Origin: Granulosicoccus sp. | Lineage (GTDB): Bacteria > Pseudomonadota > Gammaproteobacteria > Granulosicoccales > Granulosicoccaceae | NCBI GenBank assembly: GCA_047634635.1 | Contig: JBLIIE010000003.1 | Span: 4,810 to 68,809 of the forward strand | Reading direction: 5' to 3' | DNA: 64,000 nucleotides | Shown here: positions 28,866-38,879 of the stretch, piece by piece | Layout: every line of letters begins with the position of its first letter | Position numbering within the stretch: position 1 is the stretch's first letter | Position numbers and translations under genes: made by a program | The notes under the pieces: model-generated | The model's input: only the letters and a program-made list of their open reading frames with translations | What the model was told of the DNA's origin: nothing | The model's database searches: none

Positions 28866-31349
28866 ATGTGGTCTCAACGCTTAAATTCTGGTTCCACTAT
28901 GAGCCCAACTAAAACCCTGACGTCTGCTAGAGTCAGACTACGTACTTGGGCCAAAATTTTCAGTAACAATAAGTTTTCTAAAAATCAAGCAATGAGAAAC
29001 TCTGGCAGCACAGATGCAAAATCTGGAGCGAGTGTTACTCCTGCCGATCACGCAAACAGTATTCGATACTTTGCCAATCCAGGCCCTAAATTCGAAAGTC
29101 GGTGTACACCTGACGCTCCGGCAAAAAACACCATAGCCAAGGCTGTTGCCTTCTATCTTCCCCAGTTTCACACCTTCGAACAGAACGACTCTTGGTGGGG
29201 AGACGGGTTCACCGAATGGAGGAACGTTTCAAGAGGCACTCCTCGCTTTCAGGGGCATTATCAACCTCGCATACCCAGAGATCTCGGATTCTATGATCTA
29301 ACCAACGTCGACACTCTCAGGGCGCAAGCTGCTCTAGCCCGGGCAGCAGGAATCGAGGCATTCTGTTTTTACTACTATTGGTTCAATGGCAAACGCCTGA
29401 TGGACAAACCTCTGGACCTTTTTGCAGAAAGCAATATAGATCAGGAATTCTGCATCATGTGGGCAAACGAGAATTGGACTCGTCGTTGGGATGGCAGAGA
29501 AAATGATGTCCTTATAGCGCAAGACTATTCGCTGGAAGATGAAGACGATTTCCTAGCAGATACCGCAAAATACATGACGCACCCTCGTTACATGAAAGTC
29601 CAGGGCAAACCCTTGTTCATTCTGTATCGAGCATCACTAATTCCTGACACTGCACAAACATTAACCCGGTGGCGAAAAAAATGGGTGACAGATCATGGGA
29701 TAAAACCCATCATCTACATGGTACAAAGCTACCTTGATAGAGATCCCTACGCTCTCGGTTGCGATGGTGCTATTGAATTTCCACCACACAAAGTTTCGCG
29801 TGACCTAAAACGCAGAAATCGCGAACATCTGACATTTGATAAAGACTATAACGGACAAATCCGAGCGTATAGCGATGTCGTGTCAAAATCCCTTAATGAA
29901 ACTGCCCCAGGCTATCCGCTAATTAAAACGGTATCTCCCTCCTGGGATAATGACGCTCGTCGAGAGGGTAGCGGTGTGACTCTTCAAGGTTCAACACCTA
30001 CGGCTTATGGAAAATGGTTATCAGGCGCAATCGAGTTCGCTAAAAATCATCCTGTAGACAAAGAACCGTTGGTGTTTATCAATGCTTGGAATGAATGGGC
30101 TGAAGCCGCATATCTGGAACCCGATGTCCACTACGGACACGCTTATCTGAATGCAACATACCGTGCTTTGAAAAAAACATCAGAAACAGGGATGACAACT
30201 GACCCAAGAAAGCTTCTGCTTATTGGCCATGACGCACACGCAAATGGTGCTCAAATGCTTCTTTTGGCGCTCGCTCGTTACTACCAGGAAGAAATGGGTC
30301 TAAATATCGAGATCCTGCTAAAAGCAGGTGGTGCCCTGCTGCCACAATATCAGGCAATCGCACAAACGACGGTACTGGAAGATGTGGTGGACAGAGATCT
30401 GGCTGACTGGTTTAGATCTACCGGTAGCCGGTGCGCCATATTTAACACCAGCGTTACCGGCGACTTACTATCCACTGCCAAAGAGGCAAACATTATCAGC
30501 CTTTCATTGGTTCATGAACTTCCAGAATTAATTAACGACTTCGAACTACAGCCCCATATTCATTCTATCGCCGACCTTGCAGATCACGTCGTGTTCCCAT
30601 CTACGCTAGTACGCTCTGGATTTGAATCCTTCGAACCGGTCATCAGAAACTCCATCTCCATTCAGCCACAGGGTCTCTACAAAAACATTAAGGCTAATAA
30701 CCAGGATAGAGATTCCATCAGAAAAAAACTAGGAATGCGGAGTACTGACACTCTCGTTCTCAATGCTGGATACGCTGATCATCGAAAAGGTTTCGATTGT
30801 TTTGCCTCAGCAGCAGCAAGAATTGTCGCAACTGATCAAAATGTTCATTTTTGCTGGGTGGGCAAGCGTTCGAAAAAAATGTCTAAATGGCTCAAAACTA
30901 ACATCAATAAAGAACTTAAAGGCAAACTGCATCTCATGGATTTCACCGATGAAATATCGCCTTGGTTCGCAGCAACCGATTGCCTGTATTTGAGCTCAAG
31001 GGAAGATCCGTTTCCAAGCGTAGCACTCGAAGCCATGAGCTTGGGCATCCCAGTGGTAGTGCACGCGGGCGCAACCGGATTCGATTCTGAACTTCTGGCA
31101 TTTATGGAAACTGTTGCAATAGAGAACCACACACAAATCGACAATGCCATTCTCAACACTCTGCTTTCTGATACTGATAGACAAAAAAAATCTCGCCAGC
31201 AATTTATTGAAAAGCACTATCGATTAGAGGACTATGCGAAAAAACTCGTAGGGTTGCTTGGCCTGACTTCGTCATCAGCTCACCCTTCGGTCTCTTCCGG
31301 AAAACCAATTACTAGGCCTCTCGATATTTCTCCTGACATTTTTTTGTGA
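28866..31349 (+). CDS. WbsX/GH99-like domain fused to a GT4-type glycosyltransferase
   Basis: AFYLPQFH...ND.WWG.GFTEW, FCFYYYWF, WANENW and INAWNEWAE (WbsX); then HDAHANGAQ, HELPE and SSREDPFPSVALEAM (GT4). Start could be ATG 28992. Confidence 0.88.
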   Translation: MWSQRLNSGSTMSPTKTLTSARVRLRTWAKIFSNNKFSKNQAMRNSGSTDAKSGASVTPADHANSIRYFANPGPKFESRCTPDAPAKNTIAKAVAFYLPQFHTFEQNDSWWGDGFTEWRNVSRGTPRFQGHYQPRIPRDLGFYDLTNVDTLRAQAALARAAGIEAFCFYYYWFNGKRLMDKPLDLFAESNIDQEFCIMWANENWTRRWDGRENDVLIAQDYSLEDEDDFLADTAKYMTHPRYMKVQGKPLFILYRASLIPDTAQTLTRWRKKWVTDHGIKPIIYMVQSYLDRDPYALGCDGAIEFPPHKVSRDLKRRNREHLTFDKDYNGQIRAYSDVVSKSLNETAPGYPLIKTVSPSWDNDARREGSGVTLQGSTPTAYGKWLSGAIEFAKNHPVDKEPLVFINAWNEWAEAAYLEPDVHYGHAYLNATYRALKKTSETGMTTDPRKLLLIGHDAHANGAQMLLLALARYYQEEMGLNIEILLKAGGALLPQYQAIAQTTVLEDVVDRDLADWFRSTGSRCAIFNTSVTGDLLSTAKEANIISLSLVHELPELINDFELQPHIHSIADLADHVVFPSTLVRSGFESFEPVIRNSISIQPQGLYKNIKANNQDRDSIRKKLGMRSTDTLVLNAGYADHRKGFDCFASAAARIVATDQNVHFCWVGKRSKKMSKWLKTNINKELKGKLHLMDFTDEISPWFAATDCLYLSSREDPFPSVALEAMSLGIPVVVHAGATGFDSELLAFMETVAIENHTQIDNAILNTLLSDTDRQKKSRQQFIEKHYRLEDYAKKLVGLLGLTSSSAHPSVSSGKPITRPLDISPDIFL

Positions 31350-31393
31350 ATCTGTAAACTGAACGGTTCCGCATTAAGATCTGTTCAGTATAA

Positions 31394-32224
31394 ATGACTC
31401 AACGTAGCGTTTTAATCACTGGCTGCTCCTCCGGAATCGGATTGGATGCTGCCAGGACCCTGTCATCTAGAGGTTGGCACGTTCTGGCCACCTGCCGTAA
31501 GGAGAGTGATTGCGAACTATTGCGTGCTGAAGGACTAGAATCGTTTCCTCTTGATTACGACGATTCACAAAGCATATCGCAAGGTGTTCTCCACGCCTTG
31601 GAGCTCACAAACGGCAAACTCGATGCCTTATTCAATAACGGTGCTTATGCTATCCCTGGGTTAGTCGAAGACTTACCACGAGGTGCTCTGCGTGCGATAT
31701 TCGAAACTAATCTGTTTGGCCAGTTCGAATTAATCAACGGAGTGTTACCTATCATGCGTAAGCAGGGGCACGGCCGGATTGTTAACTGTTCGTCTGTACT
31801 TGGTTTTGCAGCTCAACCTTTCAGAGGTGCCTACAACGCTAGCAAGTTTGCCATGGAAGGGTTAAGCGACACATTGCGATTAGAGCTTAGCGATTCGCCT
31901 ATACAAGTTATTCTGATAGAACCAGGCCCCATCAAAACATTAATTCGACAAAATTCAATTGCACCGTTTGAACGCTGGGTGAATTGGAAATCCTCTCATC
32001 AGCGCGAACGCTATGAAAACGAACTCTGCCCCCGATTGTACACGCCTGCTAATATAAAGAACAAGTTCGAACTGCTGCCAGATGCAGTTACAGAAAAACT
32101 GATTCATGCTCTTGAAAGTACACGGCCACGTCCACGATACTTCGTCACAACTCCTACGTATTTAGCTGGGTTTTTCAAACGAGTGTTGAGCACTCGGTGG
32201 TTCGACAGAGTGTTATCACGCTAG
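31394..32224 (+). CDS. SDR oxidoreductase (YbbO-like)
   Basis: TGCSSGIG, NNGAY, YNASK and IEPGPI. Confidence 0.92.
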   Translation: MTQRSVLITGCSSGIGLDAARTLSSRGWHVLATCRKESDCELLRAEGLESFPLDYDDSQSISQGVLHALELTNGKLDALFNNGAYAIPGLVEDLPRGALRAIFETNLFGQFELINGVLPIMRKQGHGRIVNCSSVLGFAAQPFRGAYNASKFAMEGLSDTLRLELSDSPIQVILIEPGPIKTLIRQNSIAPFERWVNWKSSHQRERYENELCPRLYTPANIKNKFELLPDAVTEKLIHALESTRPRPRYFVTTPTYLAGFFKRVLSTRWFDRVLSR

Positions 32225-32252
32225 CAGGCCACGCGGGTAATTCGATGATCCG

Positions 32253-33128
32253 CTACTGAGTTTTACCCTGCTCGTTTTGCCTCTCTCGATACCAAATAAA
32301 CAATCCACTTGAAACAATGATGGCCGTACCGATGATAGTTCGCTGATCAGGTGGTTGACCAAACACGACCCAGCTGAGGATTGCTATGTAGATAACCTGG
32401 GAATACACCGTCGGGGCAAGTACGGATGCCTCAGCCATTTGATGTGCACGTGTAAGCACGGAATGACCGATCATTCCAAGGGTGCCAATCATTGTCAGTA
32501 AAAACCAGGTATGAAAACTGTCAGGCCATTGCCAGACGTAAAACGCAAGAGGCGCGAGCAATACTGTCGCAATTCCTGAGACATAGAATTGTACTGTAGA
32601 GTTTTCATCGACACCGGCGATCACCCTGCTCATCACAAAGTAGCCGCTGGCACACAACATAGCTCCTATCGCCAAAAAGACATGAGGATCGAATCGCTGT
32701 CCCCAGGGTTCTAAAATAACAAGCACGCCCAGAAATCCAATAAAAACAGCAAGCAGTCGTTTCATACCCACCTTTTCTCCCAGAATGGGAACACTGAGCA
32801 AGCAAACCGTTAACGGTACTACAAAAAATATCGCTATCGTTGTAGTCAGTGGCAGGTATTGGAGTGCGTTGAAGTTCAATGCGGTCGAGCACAACAGGAA
32901 CATCGCCCTTACAACTTGCAAACCTGGCTTATTTGACTTTGCGATTCCAATTCCATGCTTGGGCATATATACAACAACCGTACACAGGAAGTGACCAAAG
33001 TAGCGTAGCCATACAACCTGAAATACAGGAACTGCCGCACTGACGAGCCACTTAGCAGTGGTGTCCATGCCAGCAAAGCACAGGAATGCCAGCAACATGA
33101 GTAAGTAGGCGAATGTAAGTTGCGACAC
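32253..33128 (-). CDS. DMT/EamA-family transporter
   Basis: Ten TM segments; LPLTTT.AIFF..PL, LGEKVG and AEAS.LAP..YSQ. Confidence 0.9.
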   Translation of the reverse strand: MSQLTFAYLLMLLAFLCFAGMDTTAKWLVSAAVPVFQVVWLRYFGHFLCTVVVYMPKHGIGIAKSNKPGLQVVRAMFLLCSTALNFNALQYLPLTTTIAIFFVVPLTVCLLSVPILGEKVGMKRLLAVFIGFLGVLVILEPWGQRFDPHVFLAIGAMLCASGYFVMSRVIAGVDENSTVQFYVSGIATVLLAPLAFYVWQWPDSFHTWFLLTMIGTLGMIGHSVLTRAHQMAEASVLAPTVYSQVIYIAILSWVVFGQPPDQRTIIGTAIIVSSGLFIWYRERQNEQGKTQ

Positions 33129-33170
33129 GAATTATGGGCTGTCCAGATTTAAAAAAAGAAACCACATAAA

Positions 33171-34358
33171 CTACAACCGCTTTGGCAGGAAGCTTGTGGA
33201 AATGGCGGATGAGAAATGCATGAGCGCAAGTACGAAAAAGAATACATGAAATGGGAACACCACGAGTACTGCACTAACTAACAAGGGCGTCAATAACTCT
33301 GACGCCTCTCGCCAAGTAGAGAATATCGTAGTCATCGCCACACGCTCATGAGTCTTGACGTTTCTCAGAAACGGAATATTACCCAAAACATCGAGCAATA
33401 CTCCACCCAGAGCACCCGTCACCCAAAACACCAACCCCCAAGGCGTAGGATCACCCAGAAATCCTAATCCAACCAGACTCAGACCCGTGATGGTAAGCCC
33501 CGTATATATCACCTGCCGTGTGCCGAAACGGTTTGAAGCGCGGCGTATAACCGGACTGAGAAATAATAAACCCGATACTCCTGAAAGAAGCACTCCAGCC
33601 GACCAAACCGGAAGGCCAGCTTCGATGACGTAGATCGGACCGTAGATGTACAAGGTTACCCAAAAACTCGACCGACTCAACGTTATGCCATAGGCGATCC
33701 GAAGCCGCTTTTGTCCCGAGTACCTTTTTATGGATTGCCACGGATTCTTGGCTTGCGACTTAGCTTTGACCACCACCTTGTTGTCGCCCAGGCGAAGCTT
33801 CCAAAAGTATCCCAACATCAGGGTTGCAGCGATAGCAGAAAAGACGAAAGGCAGATTAAAATGCCCATGCTCAACCAACCATGAACCGGCAAAAGGACCC
33901 ACTACCCAAGCAGCTCCAGCATATTGCATTCGACGGGACTCATTGAGTGTCAATTCCTTTTTTCCAATGTAATCCAAAATGTACAGCGACATACACACGG
34001 TATATATCGATGCTGCCGCAGAACGTAGCCCTATTCCCAATGGCAGAAGAACAGTTGAACGAGTAAACAGGAAAAATGCAGCCACAATCAGAATTCCACC
34101 ACCCAAGGTGACAAGCCAACGACGCCCTATCAGTCGCTCCAGCGTCCCCAGATTCAAGGTGATACACAGCGTCAATACACCCGCAATTAGATAGACCAAG
34201 GCTACATTTTCTTTGCTGCCGAGTGTTTCCAGCGCTGCCAGAGGCACGATACTAACAAGCACCGACCGGGAGAATCCTTCAATGGCGGACAATCGCGCCA
34301 GGTTAGTACTGGTGTTTCCATGTAGCTGCGTAAGCGCTAACGGTCGACGATGGAACAT
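33171..34358 (-). CDS. MFS transporter
   Basis: About 12 hydrophobic segments; motif-A-like LERLIGRR and ASNRFGTR. Confidence 0.85.
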   Translation of the reverse strand: MFHRRPLALTQLHGNTSTNLARLSAIEGFSRSVLVSIVPLAALETLGSKENVALVYLIAGVLTLCITLNLGTLERLIGRRWLVTLGGGILIVAAFFLFTRSTVLLPLGIGLRSAAASIYTVCMSLYILDYIGKKELTLNESRRMQYAGAAWVVGPFAGSWLVEHGHFNLPFVFSAIAATLMLGYFWKLRLGDNKVVVKAKSQAKNPWQSIKRYSGQKRLRIAYGITLSRSSFWVTLYIYGPIYVIEAGLPVWSAGVLLSGVSGLLFLSPVIRRASNRFGTRQVIYTGLTITGLSLVGLGFLGDPTPWGLVFWVTGALGGVLLDVLGNIPFLRNVKTHERVAMTTIFSTWREASELLTPLLVSAVLVVFPFHVFFFVLALMHFSSAISTSFLPKRL

Positions 34359-34575
34359 GAGTGATTTATTAAGAGGTAGTCAGAAAATTAAGTGGGATTT
34401 ATGGAGGGTATTTGCAACTCTCATGCAAGACGTATAGCAGCACGCTCATGCATGGCGCTAGTAAGTGTTCAGATTACGGCGTATTGCGTCATATTCTGAA
34501 TAGTCGAAGTCGCTCTTGCCAGCAGCGTCAAGGTGTCAGACAATCTCTGCAACGAAAACACTGAGGCCACCGAAT

Positions 34576-35250
34576 ATGTTTTCAAAAAAAACGGCCAAAT
34601 TTCTGAACGATCTGTCAAAAAACAATAACAGAGACTGGTTCAATACCAACAAGCATCGTTACGAAGACGATGTGCGGACACCGGCACTTGAATTCATTGA
34701 GTCAATGACACCGGCTTTACATCGAATATCGCCCTTCTTCGATGCCAGCCCTAAAAAGGTCGGTGGCTCATTAATGCGTGTCTATAGAGATACTCGTTTT
34801 GGCACAGATAAGACCCCCTATAAAACAAATATCGGAATTCACTTCAGGCATATCCGGGCCAAGGATGTACACGCCCCAGGTTTCTACCTTCACATAGAGC
34901 CAAAGGAAGTGTTTTTCGGGGCGGGAATATGGCGACCAGAAAGTAGCTCACTTAAAGGAATTCGAACTCTGATTGACGAGCATCCAAAGGAATGGCTAAG
35001 TCTCAAGAAAAAATTGACGACTAAAAGCGACTTTTCATTGCAGGGTAATTCTCTGAAAAGACCACCAAAAGGCTTTGCTACTGAACACCCCCTCATTGAC
35101 GATTTAAAGCGTAAAGACTTCATTGCAGTCTGTCCTCTGCCGATAGATTCTATTCGTGCTGATGATTTATCGAAGCAGATTGCAAAGCTTATGCGAAAGT
35201 CATCCAAACTCATGGAATTCTTGTGCACTGCAGATGATTTGATGTACTAA
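34576..35250 (+). CDS. DUF2461 family protein (TIGR02453)
   Basis: FL..L..NNNRDWF..NK..YE, R.YRDTRF..DKTPYKT, GFYLHI and L.R.PKGF...HP. Start ATG 34576. Confidence 0.9.
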   Translation: MFSKKTAKFLNDLSKNNNRDWFNTNKHRYEDDVRTPALEFIESMTPALHRISPFFDASPKKVGGSLMRVYRDTRFGTDKTPYKTNIGIHFRHIRAKDVHAPGFYLHIEPKEVFFGAGIWRPESSSLKGIRTLIDEHPKEWLSLKKKLTTKSDFSLQGNSLKRPPKGFATEHPLIDDLKRKDFIAVCPLPIDSIRADDLSKQIAKLMRKSSKLMEFLCTADDLMY

Positions 35251-35481
35251 CTGGGTTGCTCTTTTTTACCTCATTTTCCTACTACCCGCTGTGTCACAGA
35301 CCTGTATCCGTTTCACAGAATCAACTTTTGAATTTATCACGAAAACACCCGTAGATCATATGCCTTGGGGGTTTCCAGAATATGCACGGTATTTCCTGTT
35401 TTCAATCGATTGACACCCACTATAATTCAAGTATCGTTAGCTTTCCCCTTAGCCCGTCAATGTGCTCGAGTTCTCTATTTT

Positions 35482-36915
35482 ATGCGTCTCATTCAGTCCA
35501 GCTTTTTGATGATCCTTCTGTTGTCCTCAGGTTTTTATTCTGCAAACGCCGATGAGACCAATGCAAATTACTGCGCCGTCAGCACCGGGAAAACTGGTTC
35601 ATTAGGCGGTGCACGTGCCCTTTTTGAGACTAGTTGCACAAATTACGAACTGTTGGACTGTGACCCAATTCGTGGAGGTGGCTGGCAGTGTTCTTCAGTT
35701 GTAATTGGCGCAAACGCACCAGGGGGTGTGAGCGCAGGCAACCAGACACAACCCAACAACAATACAACTGCCAATGCTGACACTGAAGACAGCGCTACCA
35801 CCGATGAGGCGGTCACACAAATCACAGCAGCGGAGATCGTTTTACCGCCCCTTGAACCTGTCGCTCAATCCAGTGATTCTGGTGAGTGCTATGTGGTTGC
35901 AACAGGCCTTGATCAATCAAAAATAGTTTTCGCCCAGCAGTGCGTCAATTATCAGCGTAACGATTGCGATCCTTTGGGTCGCAATCGTTGGGTATGTAGC
36001 TCAGCGAATATAAGCAGTACGCAGCGCTATGCCGAAGCAGTCGATAGCACTCCAGCCGTCGCCGAAGACGATCAGAGTGAGAATTTCGATACAAACAATC
36101 AGCCAGATAACACGGCACCCAACAACACAGACACTCAAAGCCAGCCAGACAATGGCTCTCTAACTAATACCCAGATTGGTCGACTAGGCTCTAATGATCT
36201 ACTCGTGCTGCACTATGATAATTGTCCGGATAAAGACGATGGCCATGCAATTCCTGCTGGTAAATCAGTGGTCGAAAAATACGATATAAATAATATTCTT
36301 GCAGTGAACGGCACGTGCGGAAATAGTATTCGAAACCGGTTTAATAGTGACAGCAATGCGGTAATGAAAGCAGCGTGGGGAACTGAATATTTGGACGCTG
36401 ATAGCCAGCGTACAACAGCTACCCAAGTGTCTGCCACACGCTGGGCAAGCACACTCTCTAACGGCGCAGATGTCTGGGTTGCAGAAGGTGGACAATCAGA
36501 TTTCACCGCTGATGTGGTTCGACAAATAGAAACTCGCTACTCAAACATCGATTTGAAGCGCATACACGTGATCCAGCACAGTGCTGGAAGTACAGCCTAT
36601 AATGAAAAGTTTACCGATAACGCCAACCTGTCTTACTTAAAAAACAAAACTAGCTACCAGCCTGTCGCGAACGGCAACGTTGGCAGTAACGGAACAGCTG
36701 ATTTAAACCAGCAATCGTTCTACTTCGTCAGTACTGCCCGAGCCAGCCGTTTTAGCGCAGAATGGAACGCAGGATTTCAGTATCTTCAACCCGATTGCAG
36801 TGCCCGAACCGAGAATTGCAAACTGGATTTCAGCGATACTGTGGAGCTGCTTTACATTGTTGATGACAACCGCACTCAAAACGTCAACGATTTCGCCAAA
36901 AAATATCTCAATTGA
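35482..36915 (+). CDS. Secreted hypothetical protein with two Cys-rich repeats and a C-terminal domain carrying a D-rich motif
   Basis: Signal peptide from ATG 35482; two repeats C..F...C.NY...DCDP....W.CSS; acidic/Asn linkers; HYDNCPDKDD motif. Confidence 0.75.
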   Translation: MRLIQSSFLMILLLSSGFYSANADETNANYCAVSTGKTGSLGGARALFETSCTNYELLDCDPIRGGGWQCSSVVIGANAPGGVSAGNQTQPNNNTTANADTEDSATTDEAVTQITAAEIVLPPLEPVAQSSDSGECYVVATGLDQSKIVFAQQCVNYQRNDCDPLGRNRWVCSSANISSTQRYAEAVDSTPAVAEDDQSENFDTNNQPDNTAPNNTDTQSQPDNGSLTNTQIGRLGSNDLLVLHYDNCPDKDDGHAIPAGKSVVEKYDINNILAVNGTCGNSIRNRFNSDSNAVMKAAWGTEYLDADSQRTTATQVSATRWASTLSNGADVWVAEGGQSDFTADVVRQIETRYSNIDLKRIHVIQHSAGSTAYNEKFTDNANLSYLKNKTSYQPVANGNVGSNGTADLNQQSFYFVSTARASRFSAEWNAGFQYLQPDCSARTENCKLDFSDTVELLYIVDDNRTQNVNDFAKKYLN

Positions 36916-37325
36916 ATCCTTTGAACCTTCATCCAAGACTCGAAGCAGACACAAGCCCGGTATGTGCAACGAGCAGTGCGCAAATCAGGCTAATGAACGA
37001 TTGTCGATGGCCCTGGATAATTCTGGTACCCGTTCAGGCAGATATTGAAGAACTTCACGATTTAACACATTCACAACGAGAGAGCTTTATCTCGGACGTA
37101 AATCAAGTCAGTAGAGTTGTACAGATCTGCACAGGATGCCAAAGCGTCAATATTGCAATGCTAGGCAATGTCGTCTCTCAACTGCACTGTCATGTTATTG
37201 CAAGAAATCCGGGAGATCCTAACTGGCCAAATCCTGTTTGGGGGTTCAATTCAGTCGTACCCTATGATGAGAGTGAACATAAGATTCAAATGCTCATAAA
37301 CGCCATCCAGAAATCATTTTCTTAG
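36912..37325 (+). CDS. HIT family protein
   Basis: LHPRLEAD, WIILVP and LGNVVSQLHCHV (degenerate HIT motif); TTG start overlaps the upstream stop. Confidence 0.88.
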   Translation: MNPLNLHPRLEADTSPVCATSSAQIRLMNDCRWPWIILVPVQADIEELHDLTHSQRESFISDVNQVSRVVQICTGCQSVNIAMLGNVVSQLHCHVIARNPGDPNWPNPVWGFNSVVPYDESEHKIQMLINAIQKSFS

Positions 37326-37477
37326 AAAACTCAGAGGGCAAGGTGAATCGCCTCCAAAGTTAGATAACGCACCAAACAGTGGATTCATCAGGCTGAACTC
37401 TCCAGCCGATTAGACAGAAGAGGTAATACACTGCCCAGTTACACTACCCTTCAACCGGTGTAAACGGTAGAGTAGTC

Positions 37478-38122
37478 ATGTCCCCGACAGCCACCAACCG
37501 TTTGATGAGTGCTCCCAATCTAGACACAACACTAGTCAGCCATCTTCTTGACGCGATAGCAGCCGATATTCTCCCAATGACTGAGAAATCAGTGATGCTT
37601 GGGAATAAAATATTCGGGGCAGCCTTACTAAAAAAATCTGACCATAGCACCTATCTGGCTGAAACCAATAACGAGATGGAAAGCCCGCTTCACCATGGGG
37701 AGATGCATCTGCTGAAGCGCTATTTCGAATTGCCTGCAAATAAGCGTATGGCGCCTTCAGAATTGCTTTTTCTAACCACTCATGAACCGTGCAGCCTCTG
37801 CCTATCCGCGATTACCTGGAGCGGCTTCGATAATTTCTACTATTTTTTCAGCCATGAAGATTCTCGTGATAAGTTCGATATTCCACATGATCTGAAAATT
37901 CTTAAAGAGGTGTTTGACGTGGAGCCTGGTCAATATTGCAAAAGCAATGCGTTCTGGAACAGTCACGGAATCCAGTCCTGGTTCAAGGGCAATGAAAATA
38001 CGCTGTCTGTGGAGACACGCAGCTTGATAAATGAGAAAATCCTACGGCTGAAGGACAGCTACGCCGTTCTTTCCAGTCAGTATCAGTCCGGAAAATCTGA
38101 AAATCAGATCCCGCTTAATTGA
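37478..38122 (+). CDS. Nucleoside/nucleobase deaminase (CDA superfamily)
   Basis: GNKIFGAA, HGE and EPCSLC zinc motifs. Confidence 0.88.
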   Translation: MSPTATNRLMSAPNLDTTLVSHLLDAIAADILPMTEKSVMLGNKIFGAALLKKSDHSTYLAETNNEMESPLHHGEMHLLKRYFELPANKRMAPSELLFLTTHEPCSLCLSAITWSGFDNFYYFFSHEDSRDKFDIPHDLKILKEVFDVEPGQYCKSNAFWNSHGIQSWFKGNENTLSVETRSLINEKILRLKDSYAVLSSQYQSGKSENQIPLN

Positions 38123-38229
38123 ATGTGTGTAAACCGTGGAGCCATTGACCGTCAACATTAAGCCCTCACAGCGACACCTACGCCATTTGACATGGCTCGG
38201 TTGTATGTGCGGGCTGAGGAACAATTAGC

Positions 38230-38841
38230 GTGTCTACACCTCTTCCAGCAATCATAGGTGTATGCCTACTTGCAATAATGGCAATTCAATCTGCAGGAAC
38301 CAGTAGTGCAGAGACGTCAATTACCGTTGCCGACGCGTCTCTGGGTGCCGCATTCTACCCAGACGGATCCTGCTTATTGACCGTGGATGTGCTGGTCCAG
38401 TCTGGCAAAACCATCATTGACGCTGACGTCGACGATGTAGGGTCTCGCATGCTCATCCATTGCGATACTAAAGAGGGTCGCAGGCTAACCCTACTAGCCC
38501 GTGGTGATGCGCTCAACGTATCCCAACGGGTCCCACTGTTGACTCGAGAACAAATTCAAGAAGGCAAATTCGGAATGATCGCTTGGCTCACGCGAAGTGG
38601 CGTGCATTATGCCGATGACAGTGCTCCCAGACGATACGTCATCGCCGGTAGCGTCATTTTACGCAAATCACCACCAGTTGCAGCAGCTGGCTTTGCACTG
38701 CACGCGCAGCGCAGACCATTTGCGCAGGTAAACGGTGTTCTCGAACCCATCGTCAAGTCGGATAGCCTAATTCAGCAAAAACCAGCACCTTTGGAAAATC
38801 TGGTAGAGCCTACTGAGGGCTCCGGCTCAACCAGCGACTAA
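38230..38841 (+). CDS. Hypothetical exported protein
   Basis: 203 aa with an N-terminal hydrophobic leader; no family recognised. Confidence 0.5.
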   Translation: MSTPLPAIIGVCLLAIMAIQSAGTSSAETSITVADASLGAAFYPDGSCLLTVDVLVQSGKTIIDADVDDVGSRMLIHCDTKEGRRLTLLARGDALNVSQRVPLLTREQIQEGKFGMIAWLTRSGVHYADDSAPRRYVIAGSVILRKSPPVAAAGFALHAQRRPFAQVNGVLEPIVKSDSLIQQKPAPLENLVEPTEGSGSTSD

Positions 38842-38879
38842 AGATAGCCTTATTCAAGCACTACCTTTGTCATTGCAAA

